From Candidatus Aminicenantes bacterium (GTDB lineage: Bacteria > Acidobacteriota > Aminicenantia > Aminicenantales > JAFGBC01), in contig OY969696.1 of NCBI GenBank assembly GCA_963702005.1, positions 3,936,001 through 4,000,000 on the forward strand: a DNA stretch of 64,000 bases. The letters run 5' to 3'. The notes beneath the pieces are model-generated. The model saw only the letters and a list, made by a program, of their open reading frames with translations, did not search any database and had not been told where the DNA came from. Shown here piece by piece: positions 21,417-31,988 of this stretch. Every line of letters starts with the position of its first letter. Within the stretch, counting starts at the first letter, position 1. Position numbers and translations under genes: made by a program.

Positions 21417-22547
21417 CTAACGGGAGGCCGCCAAGATCTCCAGGAAGGAATCCGTCAAGCTGGAGGAAGAGAAGAAGACCACGCCGGCGGCGCCGGCCGT
21501 CCGGCTGAGCCCGATTTCTTCCATCATGATTTCCGGCGTCGCCTGGTTATGGCTCGTCCCGATTCCGATTCCGGGGCAGAGGAGGACGCCGCCTTGAGGG
21601 AGGGCGGCCGCCTTCCGGGCGAGCCTTTCGAACAACGCCGTATCGTTCGTGTAGAACATCGGGCAGAGCATATCGACCAGCCCTTCGGCCGCCCAGCGGC
21701 CCCAATCCTGTCCGATAAGGACGCGGGCGTTATCGGGGTCGGGAAAGACGGCGGCCGAGATCTTGACCTTCCGGCCGCCCGACCGGAGCGCATCCCTCAG
21801 CTCGGCGACGAACTTGGTGACCCGGTCGCGGTTCCATTCCAGCCAGACGTTCCAGAACGGGTTCCCGGAATCCTTGGCCTTGAGGGCGAGCGGATCAACG
21901 CCGGTCTCGCCCTTGCACAACTCTCGGGTCCGGGTGTCATAGCTGAAAAAAGGTTCCTCGGGGTCGCAGGGAAATCGGATGTAGTCGAGGTGGATCCACT
22001 CAACCGGATAGCGGGCGGCCAGCTCGGTCATGAGCCCGATCTCGTAGGCCCGGACCTCGGGCAGGGCCGGATTGACGGTCCGGACCATCTCGCCGCCGCG
22101 CCCGGTAATCAGCCATTCGGGGTGGGCGCGGACTTCGCCCAGGATCGCGCCTTCGGGAAAAACGCAGAACCAGGGGTGGACGGTCATCCGCCGCGTCCGC
22201 GCTTCCTCCAGGAAGGTCCCGAAAAAATCCCAGGAATAGGCCGGATCGGAGACCCCGGTCCGGTTCTGGAAATAGACGTAACCCGACGTGTCCTTGACCA
22301 GCATGAACAGGGTGTTGATGCCGGCCGCCGCGTAGCGGTCGAGCGTTGCCCGGATCTTGGCGATGGCCGGCTCGCGCTCCGTGCCGAAAAATCTGGGGTG
22401 CATCCAGACGCCGCGGACCTTAAGCGAAGACCAAGCTTTTTCCTCGCCGGAGGCCGGCCCGCCTCCCATCGCGCGGCCGATTCCCAAGATCAATCCCAAA
22501 GCCAGGATTCCGAGCCGAAGGCGGTCCCTTTTCCTGTTAATGCTCAT
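21417..22547 (-). CDS. Glycosyl hydrolase-like family 10 (DUF187) protein
   Basis: VRGVW, VHPWF, NPALPEVR, IHLDYIRFP, GQDW, CPMFY. Confidence 0.85.
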   Translation of the reverse strand: MSINRKRDRLRLGILALGLILGIGRAMGGGPASGEEKAWSSLKVRGVWMHPRFFGTEREPAIAKIRATLDRYAAAGINTLFMLVKDTSGYVYFQNRTGVSDPAYSWDFFGTFLEEARTRRMTVHPWFCVFPEGAILGEVRAHPEWLITGRGGEMVRTVNPALPEVRAYEIGLMTELAARYPVEWIHLDYIRFPCDPEEPFFSYDTRTRELCKGETGVDPLALKAKDSGNPFWNVWLEWNRDRVTKFVAELRDALRSGGRKVKISAAVFPDPDNARVLIGQDWGRWAAEGLVDMLCPMFYTNDTALFERLARKAAALPQGGVLLCPGIGIGTSHNQATPEIMMEEIGLSRTAGAAGVVFFSSSSLTDSFLEILAASR

Positions 22548-22555
22548 CGGCGCTC

Positions 22556-24028
22556 CTATCTCACTTTCTCCGTGTAGTTCTCATTCTGTTTGAAGCGGAT
22601 GATCCGGCCGTCCTTGTCCGCCTCGAAAACGACCTCCTCGCCCAGCTCGCCGTCGGCGCGGACTCTCCGGAAGCGAAGCCCCTCGACCGGCTTCAGCTTG
22701 TCCAGGGCGTCCAACGGATTCTCGGTCGGGAGGTCGAACATGGCCAGGCCGTCGTCCCAGACCAGGACCGCCGTCTCTCCCCAGGCCGAGCGGTAGAGCC
22801 CGACGAATTTCTGGAACGACGGGTCGGGGACCTTGGCGGCGTCCGGGGCTTCCTTTATTTTCTGGGCCGCGCCGCCCAAAATCTTGACGACCTGGGCGAC
22901 GAACTCGCCCGGATCGACCCCCATCGCATTGACCATGGCCACCCCGGCTAAGAGATCTTGAGGATAGAGCGACAGCGCGGTCCGGTATCCGGGACAGCTT
23001 CCCCCGTGGCCGACCACGGTCTTGTTGTCCTGGCGATGGACCTCGAAGCCCAGCCCCCAGCTCGTCTTCCAGTCCGGGTCCATCCACTGGACGCGCTGCA
23101 TCTCCCGAAGGGTCGAGGCTTTGAGGACCTCGAAGCCGCCCTTAGCGAGCAACCGGAACTGCCAGGAGGCAAACCGGCCCAAGTCCTCGACGGTCGAAGC
23201 GAAGCCGGCGGCCGGGGCGATCCCGCGGGCCTGGAAGAAAGGCATGGCCGAACGCTCGCAGTCCCGGGTCAAAACGCCGTAGCCCTGGGCGAGGAGGCCG
23301 CCGCGTTCCTCCGCTGGAACCTCGGGGGTCGTCCGGGCAAGACCGAGCGGGGCGAGAATATTCTCGCGGACATATTGGGCGTAGGGCTGGCCGGAGACCT
23401 GCTCGACGATCTGCCCGGCCAGCGTCATGCCCAGGTTCGAATATTGGAAGTAGCGGTCGGAGGGATAGAGCATGGACTGGTTGGCGAGGCCCTTGATGAC
23501 CTCCTCCCTGGTCGGAAAGGGAAAATCGGGACCGGTCCAGTAGGAATAGCCGGATTCCCGGGGCACGCCCGCGGAATGAGTCAGCAGTCCTCGCAGGGTC
23601 ACCTCGGGGCTGTCCGCCGAGGCCGGGGGCAGTTTGAACCAGGGGAGGTATGCGGAGATGGGGTCGTCCAGCCGGAGCCGCCCCTCGTCACGGAGCCGCA
23701 TGACCGCGATGCTCGTGAACAGCTTGGAGATTGAGCAGATGCTGTAGATCGTCCCGGGTGTCGCCGGCTCCCGGCGGCGGAGGTCGGCAAAGCCGTATCC
23801 CTTGCTCCAGATGAGGTTTTGATCGACGACGAAGCCCAAGGAGACGCCGGGGATTTTCTCGTAGGCCAGCTTGGCGTCGATCCAAGCTTCAAGCAGGCCG
23901 ACGGCCTGGATGAAGCGCGGGTCTTTGACAACGGGAACGGCTTCTGTTTTTTCCGCGCTCGGGCCCGATGCCGCGGCCGTTCCAACGAACAGGGACATGA
24001 TGACGAAAGCGCCGAGGATTCTTTTCAT
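22556..24028 (-). CDS. Secreted serine hydrolase, beta-lactamase class C family
   Basis: CSISK (SxxK), YSN, HGG; signal peptide. Confidence 0.9.
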   Translation of the reverse strand: MKRILGAFVIMSLFVGTAAASGPSAEKTEAVPVVKDPRFIQAVGLLEAWIDAKLAYEKIPGVSLGFVVDQNLIWSKGYGFADLRRREPATPGTIYSICSISKLFTSIAVMRLRDEGRLRLDDPISAYLPWFKLPPASADSPEVTLRGLLTHSAGVPRESGYSYWTGPDFPFPTREEVIKGLANQSMLYPSDRYFQYSNLGMTLAGQIVEQVSGQPYAQYVRENILAPLGLARTTPEVPAEERGGLLAQGYGVLTRDCERSAMPFFQARGIAPAAGFASTVEDLGRFASWQFRLLAKGGFEVLKASTLREMQRVQWMDPDWKTSWGLGFEVHRQDNKTVVGHGGSCPGYRTALSLYPQDLLAGVAMVNAMGVDPGEFVAQVVKILGGAAQKIKEAPDAAKVPDPSFQKFVGLYRSAWGETAVLVWDDGLAMFDLPTENPLDALDKLKPVEGLRFRRVRADGELGEEVVFEADKDGRIIRFKQNENYTEKVR

Positions 24029-24258
24029 GAGGCCTCCTGGCTCGATTTATTTAAACGCAAGAAGGAGCTCAGAGGACGAACCTTTCGACGAAGGCCGTTC
24101 CTCGGGTGAACCTTTGAGGACGATCTCTGCCGAGGAGGGAAGACTCATGATATCGGTCGCTCCCGGGTTTTAGGCTGAGAATGCATTATAAAGAATATGA
24201 GGGGCGGGCCGCAACGCGCCTTTCGCTCCGCAACCTTGCCGGAGGCCGGGGACGGTGT

Positions 24259-24675
24259 TTATCCCTCATCATGGGAAGGCCTGAACGCGCGGCCTTTTTT
24301 GACCTCGGCGTGTTTCCGTTTGTCGGCGAGGATCTTATCCTGAGCCCGCTTGGAGCGCTTCCGCTTCTGGCGCCGGATCTTGGCGATCCGCCGCTCCTCC
24401 TCGCTCTTTTTCCCCAATAGGGCGCGCTCGATCTTGTCGGCCAGAATGCGCCGGGCCAGGTAGCGATTGAGGGCCTGGGAGCGTTCCTGTTGGCACTTGA
24501 CCTCGAATCCGGTCGGGAGGTGCCTGAGCTGAACGCAGGTCGCGACTTTGTTGACGTTCTGGCCGCCGTGGCCGCCCGAACGGATGAATTTTTCCTCGAG
24601 GTCCCTCTCGAAAATGCCGAGCGCCTCCATCCGTTCGCGCAAAGCATGCTCTTTATTGGGGCCGACGCCGGACAT
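24259..24675 (-). CDS. ArfB-like peptidyl-tRNA hydrolase (RF-1 domain)
   Basis: GGHGGQNVNK, ERSQALNR, basic C-terminal tail. Confidence 0.88.
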   Translation of the reverse strand: MSGVGPNKEHALRERMEALGIFERDLEEKFIRSGGHGGQNVNKVATCVQLRHLPTGFEVKCQQERSQALNRYLARRILADKIERALLGKKSEEERRIAKIRRQKRKRSKRAQDKILADKRKHAEVKKGRAFRPSHDEG

Positions 24676-24786
24676 AACGACATTCTCCGGCCTTCATCAT
24701 AAACAAAGGCCCGCTGGGAGACAAGAGGCGATTGACGAGCGGCCGGTCATTCCACTACACTCGATTCCTTAGGAAAGGAAAACCCC

Positions 24787-26460
24787 ATGACTCATTCCAA
24801 CAGACAATCCGCCCGGCGGCTGACCGGCATCCTCGTCCTGGCCGGCCTCGTCGCCGCATCCATCCCGCTCGCCGCCGACCAGGTCCCGTTCCGGACCGTG
24901 GCCGAAGCGAGCCAATTCCAGTCAACCTCGCGCTACGCCGACGTCCTCGACTTCATCGCTAAGCTCAAGGCCAAAAGCCCCTACATCCGCGTCGAGACCC
25001 TATGCCGGAGCGCTGAGGGTAGGGACGTCCCGCTCATCGTCATCGGGAAGCCCCTCCCCGACCGCCCCGAGCGCCTGCGCGGAGACGGCCGCCTCGTCGT
25101 CTACATCCAGGCCAACATTCACGCCGGAGAGGTCGAGGGCAAGGAGGCCTCGCTCATGCTCGCCCGCAGCATCCTCCTCGCGCCCGCTCCCCTCTACTTG
25201 GATAAGCTCGTCGTCCTCATCGCTCCCATCTTCAACGCCGACGGGAACGAGCGGATCAGTCCCGACAACCGGCCCGACCAGGCCGGCCCGGCGAACGGCG
25301 TCGGGGTCCGTTCCAACGGCCAGAACCTCGACCTCAACCGCGACTCGATGAAGCTCGAAAGCCCCGAGCTGCGCGGCCTGGTCTCGAACGTCCTCAACCG
25401 CTGGGACCCGGCCCTGGTCATCGACTGCCACACGACGAACGGCTCCTACCACCAGGAGCCGGTGACCTACTCCTGGCCCCTCAACCCGAACGGCGACCTC
25501 GACATCCTCCGCTACCAGCGGGATCAGATGCTCCCGGCCGTCCAGAAGGCCCTCGGCGAAAAGTATGGCACGCTCGCCATTCCCTACGGCGATCCGGCCG
25601 ACTGGCGCGACCTGGAGAAGGGCTGGGCGACCTTCAGCCACCATCCCCGCTACGTGACGAACTACATCGGGCTCCGCAACCGGCTGTCTATCCTTGACGA
25701 AAACTATTCCTACGCCGACTTCAAGACCCGGGTCCTCGGCTGCACCAACCTCCTCCTGGCCATCCTCGACTACTGTCAGGCGCACAAGGATGAAATCCGC
25801 GCCCTGGTCAAGGCCGCCGACGAGCGGACCGTCCGGATCGGCAGCGCGCCGACCCCCGAGGACACCTTCGCCCTCGAATACGAGGTCAAGCCGCTCCCCG
25901 ACAAGGTCACCGTCCGCGGCTATGAGATGGAGATTATCCCCCGCGAAGGGGGCTGGCCCGAGATCAAGAAGACGGACAGGGAACGGACCTACGTCCTCCC
26001 CTATTTCGCCGACTTCGTCCCCAAGCGGTCGGTCCGGCGTCCCTACGCCTATCTCGTTACGGCCGCCGATCCCGACATTGTCGCCCATCTCCGCCGCCAC
26101 GGCATTGCCGTCGAACGGCTGGCCAAGCCCGTCCGCCTCGAGGTCGAAGCCTTTAAGATCACGGAGCTTAAGGCCCCGGCCCGGCCCTACCAGGGCCATT
26201 GGACGAGCGGAGTCAAAGGGGAGTACCTGACGGAGGAGCGGGAGTTCGCTCCCGGCGCGATCGTGGTCAGGACCGGCCAGCCGCTGGGAAGTCTCGCCTG
26301 TTACCTCCTCGAGCCGGAGAGCGACGACGGACTCATCACCTGGAATTTCCTCGACCGCTATCTCGTTCCGGAATGGGGACGAGGGTTCGATAACTGCCCG
26401 GTCTATCGGCTCCTCAAGCCCGCGCTTCTCGCAACGGAGGGCGTCGCCGCGGGGAACTGA
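24787..26460 (+). CDS. Secreted M14 family zinc carboxypeptidase
   Basis: IHAGEVEG, NADG, DLNRD, IDCH. Confidence 0.9.
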   Translation: MTHSNRQSARRLTGILVLAGLVAASIPLAADQVPFRTVAEASQFQSTSRYADVLDFIAKLKAKSPYIRVETLCRSAEGRDVPLIVIGKPLPDRPERLRGDGRLVVYIQANIHAGEVEGKEASLMLARSILLAPAPLYLDKLVVLIAPIFNADGNERISPDNRPDQAGPANGVGVRSNGQNLDLNRDSMKLESPELRGLVSNVLNRWDPALVIDCHTTNGSYHQEPVTYSWPLNPNGDLDILRYQRDQMLPAVQKALGEKYGTLAIPYGDPADWRDLEKGWATFSHHPRYVTNYIGLRNRLSILDENYSYADFKTRVLGCTNLLLAILDYCQAHKDEIRALVKAADERTVRIGSAPTPEDTFALEYEVKPLPDKVTVRGYEMEIIPREGGWPEIKKTDRERTYVLPYFADFVPKRSVRRPYAYLVTAADPDIVAHLRRHGIAVERLAKPVRLEVEAFKITELKAPARPYQGHWTSGVKGEYLTEEREFAPGAIVVRTGQPLGSLACYLLEPESDDGLITWNFLDRYLVPEWGRGFDNCPVYRLLKPALLATEGVAAGN

Positions 26461-26470
26461 GACCCCCCCG

Positions 26471-27301
26471 CTACTTTTTCTTCTTGACGACTTTGACCGC
26501 GTGGGCGGCGACCAAGTATTTTCCGCAGTTCTCGCAGATGTAGATGTCGTTCGAACCCTCGATGGCCGAACTCATCCCGGTCGCGACGTTGATGTTGCAG
26601 CCCTGGCAGGCCCCGTCGGCGACCTCGGCCACGGCGAATCCATAGCGCTCCATGAGCCGGTCGAACCGGGTCAGCAAGGCCTGGTCGAGCTCCTCCCTGA
26701 GGTGGGAGGACTCCTTCTCGAGGACCTTCTTCTGCTCCTTGGTCGCCTTCTTCCGCTTGATCTCAATCTCCTGGAGCCGCTTGAGGAGGCTCGCCCGCGA
26801 AACGGTCACTTCGAGCGGCGGCAGCATGAGCTCGATCTCGGACAGGACCTTGTAGAGATCGGCCTTATCCTTGGCCTGGAAGGCGCGATGCCGGAAGTCC
26901 GAGCGCCGCAGGAATTTAGCCAGCCCGGCGAACAGGTGGTTGAACAGGCCGGGAATCGAGGGATTCCAGACGACCAGGATGACGAGGTGGACCTTCTTGT
27001 TGTCGACCGAGTCGAATTCGATCCCCTTCTCGGAGCGGCCCACGGCCACGGCAACTTCCCCGCCCGTGTCGACCCTTGCGTGGGGGAGGGCGACGTGGTC
27101 GCCGATGGCGGTCGTCTCCAGCCGTTCACGGTCGATGAGCCGGGTCAGGATGAGCTTTTTGTTGGCGATGAACTTTTGCTTGGCCAGGACATCGCAAAGC
27201 TCGTCCAGGGCCTGGACCTTGTCCTGGGCCTTGAGGTCGAAAACAACCGAGGACAGTTTGAGGTAATCGGAGAGGAATGAAAACCTGGGACCGCTATCCA
27301 T
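26471..27301 (-). CDS. PTS IIA-like domain fused to a coiled coil and C4 zinc ribbon
   Basis: RERLETTAIG..VALPHAR (phospho-His motif); C-terminal CQGC...CENC. Start ATG 27301 is a best guess. Confidence 0.8.
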   Translation of the reverse strand: MDSGPRFSFLSDYLKLSSVVFDLKAQDKVQALDELCDVLAKQKFIANKKLILTRLIDRERLETTAIGDHVALPHARVDTGGEVAVAVGRSEKGIEFDSVDNKKVHLVILVVWNPSIPGLFNHLFAGLAKFLRRSDFRHRAFQAKDKADLYKVLSEIELMLPPLEVTVSRASLLKRLQEIEIKRKKATKEQKKVLEKESSHLREELDQALLTRFDRLMERYGFAVAEVADGACQGCNINVATGMSSAIEGSNDIYICENCGKYLVAAHAVKVVKKKK

Positions 27302-27372
27302 TGTCTTGGCGCAAGTTATTCTATCAAAATCGGGAATCAGGGTCAAACCTACACTTTGTCACTTTTTGACCC

Positions 27373-28320
27373 TTACGTCTTGGGGAGATTAGCGGCCCCG
27401 AGTTCAGAGGTCAACCGGTAGGTTTCCATGATCCCCGAGACCGTGACGCCCAAGGAAGCCAGCGAAACCCCGAAGGCGGCGGCCTTGAACGGATCGGCCC
27501 CACGGGCGAGGAGGGCCATGGTCCCCGAGCAGAAGATGTCGCCGCAGCCCGTGCTGTCCAAGGGCGCCCCCAGGTCCCGGGAGCGGATCTTCCGGGACTT
27601 GGAGTGCGTCATGGCCCTGACGCCTTCTTTGCCCAAAGTCACGAAGACGGCCTTGACGCCCAGAGCGAAGGCGTAGCGCGCGAAAACCCCGAGTTCGCGG
27701 TCGTGGGGCAAACGCTCGGGATATCCCATCATGCAGGCGACCTCCTGACGGTTGGCCTGGAGGTAGGTCACGCCCTCGACCCACCGGGTCCATTCCGGAA
27801 GCGGCCGATACTCCCGGTGAATGCCGATCGCCGGGAACAAGGCCAGCGAGTGGATATCGAGCCAAATGGGCGATCGGGCGCCCGCGACGACGGCGCGCCA
27901 TTCGGCGAGCTCGATATCGAACCCGGAGTTGATGACAAGCATCAACATGTCCATCCGGCCCAGGTCGGGACGAATGTCAGCGGCCACCAGAGGAGGAACG
28001 ACCGATTCCAGGACCTCCCGGCGCTCCCCGCGGGCGGGATAATGAAGACGGACCTGGTTGCCGGGGCCCGCGACGTAAACCAGGCCTTTGCGCCGGAGCG
28101 TCGGCCAGCCCGAGACCGTCTCTTCAATATCGTCCTGAAGGTAGCGTCCGCAGTGGGCGAAGAGAGAAACCTCCTCGCCCAGCCCGCAGAGCGCGGCCGC
28201 CTGGTACAGAACGCCGCCCAGACCGACGAAGGCCTTCCCGGAATGATAGGAGATATGGTCGAGGGTGATGGTCCCGATGAGTCCGAATCGCTTGGAATCC
28301 CTTTCGTTCGGCATGACCAC
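27373..28320 (-). CDS. PfkB family carbohydrate kinase
   Basis: VTLGKEG, DSTGCGDIF. Confidence 0.85.
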   Translation of the reverse strand: MVMPNERDSKRFGLIGTITLDHISYHSGKAFVGLGGVLYQAAALCGLGEEVSLFAHCGRYLQDDIEETVSGWPTLRRKGLVYVAGPGNQVRLHYPARGERREVLESVVPPLVAADIRPDLGRMDMLMLVINSGFDIELAEWRAVVAGARSPIWLDIHSLALFPAIGIHREYRPLPEWTRWVEGVTYLQANRQEVACMMGYPERLPHDRELGVFARYAFALGVKAVFVTLGKEGVRAMTHSKSRKIRSRDLGAPLDSTGCGDIFCSGTMALLARGADPFKAAAFGVSLASLGVTVSGIMETYRLTSELGAANLPKT

Positions 28321-28404
28321 CCGTGAGCCCTCATGGTAAGCGAGGCCCGCTAAAATTGCAAGGCGGCCGATAAGATGATATTCTCTTTTCCCTTAGGAGG
28401 CTCC

Positions 28405-29790
28405 ATGGGAATAATTCACAAGATCGCTTCATTCGCGCTGGCATTCATCATCACGGCCGGATCCGGCTCGCTGACCGCATCGGATAATTCACCCTATGAG
28501 CCGGGGGCCCGGGCCTCGGGCCTGGGCGGGGCGTTCACCGCCAGGGCGGACGACCCGTCCGCCCTTTTCTACAACCCGGCGGGCCTCGCCTTTCAGAAGG
28601 GTCTCCGCTTCAAGACCAACCTCTTTTTCGGCAAGCCCGGCCTCTCGGCCCGCTGGCCGTCGAGCGGCGCGACCACGACCGACAATTCCTTTCAGTTCCG
28701 GGGATCATTCGCCGCGAGCTGGCAGTTCCTGAAGGGGGTCAGCGCCGGCGTCGGGTTTTTCATACCCTATCATTTCTTCACGGAATGGCCCTTTAACTGG
28801 GTCGGCCATGAGCTCGCCATCACGTCTTCATTGAACTCCGTCTTTTTCCGGCCGGCCGTCTCGATCGAGCTTCTGCGAGGTCTGTCCCTGGGCGTCGGCC
28901 TGGACTTTGTCCGCGTCAAAACCTCGTGGAGCTACATCCGGCCGTTCAATCTCGAGACCTTTCCCTTGTCCAAAGATATCGACATCAACAGCAGCACGGC
29001 CATGAGCGGAACCGGAACGGGATTCGTGGCCGGACTTATGTGGAAAGCCCATCCCCTGATCCAATTCGGCCTTAGATACCAGCATCATGTCAAGATCAAC
29101 CTCAGCGGCAGGAATGATTTCTTCATTCCTTACTTGGATATCGGAGAAGCCACGGTTCCTGACCCTGTCCTGCCCAGCAGGCGGCTGAGAGTCCTGTTGA
29201 GCGAATTCTACAGCGTCCAAAGGGTCACCTCCCGGATCACTCTCCCCAAGGAGATCGTTTGGGGGATGGTCTTCGCTCCGGCCGCCAGTCTCTCGTTCCA
29301 GCTCGACCTCCAGTGGAACAGCTGGAGCGAATTGGGGAAATGGGAGTTCAGGTCGGTCAACGCCGATGCCAACCTGAGCCCGGCCTTCACTCCCCAGCTT
29401 CAAGAATTCTACGGAATCGCGCCCGATTACGGTCATCAGAGCGCCGGGCTGATCCTGAAGGACGCTTGGAGGATCAAGGGCGGCCTGGAATACCGGCCGG
29501 GACCGGGCTTGGCGCTGAGGGCCGGTTTCGCCCGCCAAAAAGGTTCGACGGCCGCGGCCGATTTGAATCCCGTCAACCCCGACCCGGACCGCAACCTGAT
29601 TTCCCTGGGTTTCGGGTATGACGGCCCTTTATTGTCGATCACGACCGACCAAAAACTCAGCGACCTCTCTTTTGACGTCTATGTCCGATATGGATTCTCG
29701 AAGAAGGAAGCCTCGGCGATTCCGGAAGCTCCGCTGATTTACCAGGCCAAGCCCTGGGATTTAGGAGTGGGAGTCGGCCTCTTTTTTTAA
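28405..29790 (+). CDS. FadL/OmpP1-like outer membrane transporter
   Basis: GARASGLGGA..A.ADDPSALFYNPAGL; terminal Phe; RBS GGAGG before 28405. Confidence 0.88.
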   Translation: MGIIHKIASFALAFIITAGSGSLTASDNSPYEPGARASGLGGAFTARADDPSALFYNPAGLAFQKGLRFKTNLFFGKPGLSARWPSSGATTTDNSFQFRGSFAASWQFLKGVSAGVGFFIPYHFFTEWPFNWVGHELAITSSLNSVFFRPAVSIELLRGLSLGVGLDFVRVKTSWSYIRPFNLETFPLSKDIDINSSTAMSGTGTGFVAGLMWKAHPLIQFGLRYQHHVKINLSGRNDFFIPYLDIGEATVPDPVLPSRRLRVLLSEFYSVQRVTSRITLPKEIVWGMVFAPAASLSFQLDLQWNSWSELGKWEFRSVNADANLSPAFTPQLQEFYGIAPDYGHQSAGLILKDAWRIKGGLEYRPGPGLALRAGFARQKGSTAAADLNPVNPDPDRNLISLGFGYDGPLLSITTDQKLSDLSFDVYVRYGFSKKEASAIPEAPLIYQAKPWDLGVGVGLFF

Positions 29791-29873
29791 AAACGGCTCT
29801 CGGTCAGCGATAGACGCCCGCCTGGTCCCACTTCTGGATCGTATCCAGGATGAGGACGGCGAACAGAGCGCTG

Positions 29874-30095
29874 CTACCGCTTCTCTTCCGGCTTGAAAGT
29901 GACCGAGACGCTGCCGCTCTTCTCCTCGCCGTTGAGGGTCGCGACCAGGTTGAGGCCGCCCTCGCGGCTGGCCGCGAACGTCCCCGAGCCCTCGCCCATG
30001 GTGAAGGTCGACAGGATCTTCCAGCCGGCCGATTTAAGTTCCTCGCTGTACTTGGCCAGGGCGTCCTTGTCGAGCTTCTCGACGAGGATGTTCAA
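29874..30095 (-). pseudogene. Probable C-terminal gene remnant
   Basis: Protein-like 73-codon frame with a TTG start and no RBS, between convergent genes. Confidence 0.35.
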
Positions 30096-30114
30096 TGGAT
30101 AGGCGCGTCGGCCC

Positions 30115-31167
30115 TCAGCCCAGGGCGATTCGCTCGACCTTGATCCGGCCCAGGTCGGCGACGCCGACGCCCTTCCGGGCGGCCAACTCGATATGATCGC
30201 AGGGCCGGCCCGAATCCTTGAGGAGGGACAGGCCTTCGGCCTTGCGCTTATCGTCGATGACCTTATAGCCGACTGCGTCCAGGGCGACCGGATCCGTCCC
30301 CAGCCAGAGGGTGTTGGCCGGCCAGATGACTCTCGGGTTGCGGGGGGCGGGCCCCTGGTCGTAGCAGGCCTCGAGGCCGTCGATCATGTGGAGGACGACC
30401 TTTTTGCGGACCTCGGGGTGGGCGCAGAAGTCGGCGAGGAACGGGCCGATCGTCGTGGGACCGTGGAAGCGGCGGTTGTTGTCGCAGAGGCCGTAGGCCA
30501 GGTTCTTGAGGCAGAGGGTCACTCCAGACATGCCGTGGTCCTTGAGGATGGCCATGTTGATGACTTTGTCGCATTCCCTGCTGAAGATCCGGGAGAACCG
30601 GGAGGCCGTCGACCCGCCGTCCCGCTGGCGGGGATTGTCGAGCTCCGAGACATAGGTCAGCTCGGAATCGAACCGGTTGTTGGCCTCGTCCAGGGCCTCG
30701 GTCCCGTAGCAGAGGTATATGGATTCGTCGGTCGTGTTGAAGGTAAACCGGCAGTCCTTCATCTGGTCCTCGAATCGGTCCCAGACGATGACTTTTTTGG
30801 GCGGGACGCCCAGGGCAACCAGGTCCGCGGCGACGGCTTGGATGAGCTCGTGATGAGTAAAGAGGAGAGGACGGCCCAGGGTATTGACCTTGAGGCCAAC
30901 CCGGTCCGTGGGCTTGATGAACTCGGCCCAGGGGTTCTTGGCGCCGGTCAACGCGGCCATGCCCCGGTGGAGCATGTCCTTAACCACCTCCCCGTCGACC
31001 TTCCGGCCGGCGGCGACGGCGCCCGGGTGGAAGACCTCGACGACGCGGCCCGAGGCCGGCTCCGATCCGAGACTGCGGCCTAATCCGGCCTTGACGGCCA
31101 GGCCGGCGCCCAGGGCGGCCGTGGCACCCTTCTTCATGAATTCGCGTCTGTTGATTTTGACGGTCAT
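30115..31167 (-). CDS. Tat-exported DUF362 protein
   Basis: NRREFMK Tat motif; VGLKVN, LKDH...TLCLKN, TDPVALD. Confidence 0.88.
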   Translation of the reverse strand: MTVKINRREFMKKGATAALGAGLAVKAGLGRSLGSEPASGRVVEVFHPGAVAAGRKVDGEVVKDMLHRGMAALTGAKNPWAEFIKPTDRVGLKVNTLGRPLLFTHHELIQAVAADLVALGVPPKKVIVWDRFEDQMKDCRFTFNTTDESIYLCYGTEALDEANNRFDSELTYVSELDNPRQRDGGSTASRFSRIFSRECDKVINMAILKDHGMSGVTLCLKNLAYGLCDNNRRFHGPTTIGPFLADFCAHPEVRKKVVLHMIDGLEACYDQGPAPRNPRVIWPANTLWLGTDPVALDAVGYKVIDDKRKAEGLSLLKDSGRPCDHIELAARKGVGVADLGRIKVERIALG

Positions 31168-31313
31168 CGGCGCACCTCCGGTCCAGCCAGCATATACGAT
31201 CCATCTTATAGAATCAATAAATACCCGGCCGCACCTCCGCCGATGGACTTAATCGGCGGGATGGTTTAGGATAGGAAACGCGCCTCTAGGATATCCGATG
31301 GGAGGATTACAAA

Positions 31314-31919
31314 ATGATTAAATCCTATAAAAGAATTCTGATTGTATTAATCGCGGGAATCCTGCTGGTTCCGGCCGCGGCCCGGGCCCAAGCTCCCGTC
31401 AAGGCCGAGGAGCCGGCCCTCCTGACTTCCTGCGGCCAGAGCCCGGGGCCGGTCATGCTCAAGGTCATCATGCAGAAGCTCAAGATGGGCTACGAGCTCA
31501 ACTCCCTGGCGACACCCGCCGACCTCATGGCGAAACGAGACTCCGGGACTCCCTATAAATCCCTGGTCATCGTCATGGGCGCCAGTCTCAAGGGCATGGG
31601 CGCGGCGGGGATTTCGATCGAGGACGAGCTGCGACGGACGGCGGCCCTGATCGGGGAAGCCCGGAAGGAAGGGATCCTGGTCATCGGCGCGCACATCGAG
31701 GGCATGAAGCGGCGGGCCCAAGGCGCCTCGGCCGGCGACACGACCGACGAGCAGAGCATCGACGCCGTGGCGCCGAACTCGGACTTGTTGCTGATCAACA
31801 AGGAAGGCGACAGCGACGGCCGCTTCACGGCCATCGCCAAGGCCAAGAAGATCCCGCTCATCGCGGTCGAGAAGAACCTCGACCTCGTGGCCGAGATCCA
31901 GAAACTTTACAGTAAATAG
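31314..31919 (+). CDS. Secreted DUF6305-like protein
   Basis: LLTSCGQSP, GASLKGMGAAG, HIEG..RR. Confidence 0.7.
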   Translation: MIKSYKRILIVLIAGILLVPAAARAQAPVKAEEPALLTSCGQSPGPVMLKVIMQKLKMGYELNSLATPADLMAKRDSGTPYKSLVIVMGASLKGMGAAGISIEDELRRTAALIGEARKEGILVIGAHIEGMKRRAQGASAGDTTDEQSIDAVAPNSDLLLINKEGDSDGRFTAIAKAKKIPLIAVEKNLDLVAEIQKLYSK

Positions 31920-31953
31920 AGGCGCCGGCCACCCAAGCGCCATCCAAGGCCTA

Positions 31954-31988
31954 TTGACAAAAACAAGGAATATTGCTATTTTCCTTGC
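31954..31988 (+). promoter_or_regulatory. Sigma70 promoter and palindromic operator of the AbrB-VapC module
   Basis: TTGACA-17 nt-TATTTT-6 nt-ATG with no SD; inverted repeat CAAGGAA...TTCCTTG. Confidence 0.75.

Noticed and set aside
30095-30117. Read-through from the DUF362 TGA into the 73-aa ORF
   Set aside because: The offset is 19 nt (out of frame) and there is no SECIS-like hairpin.
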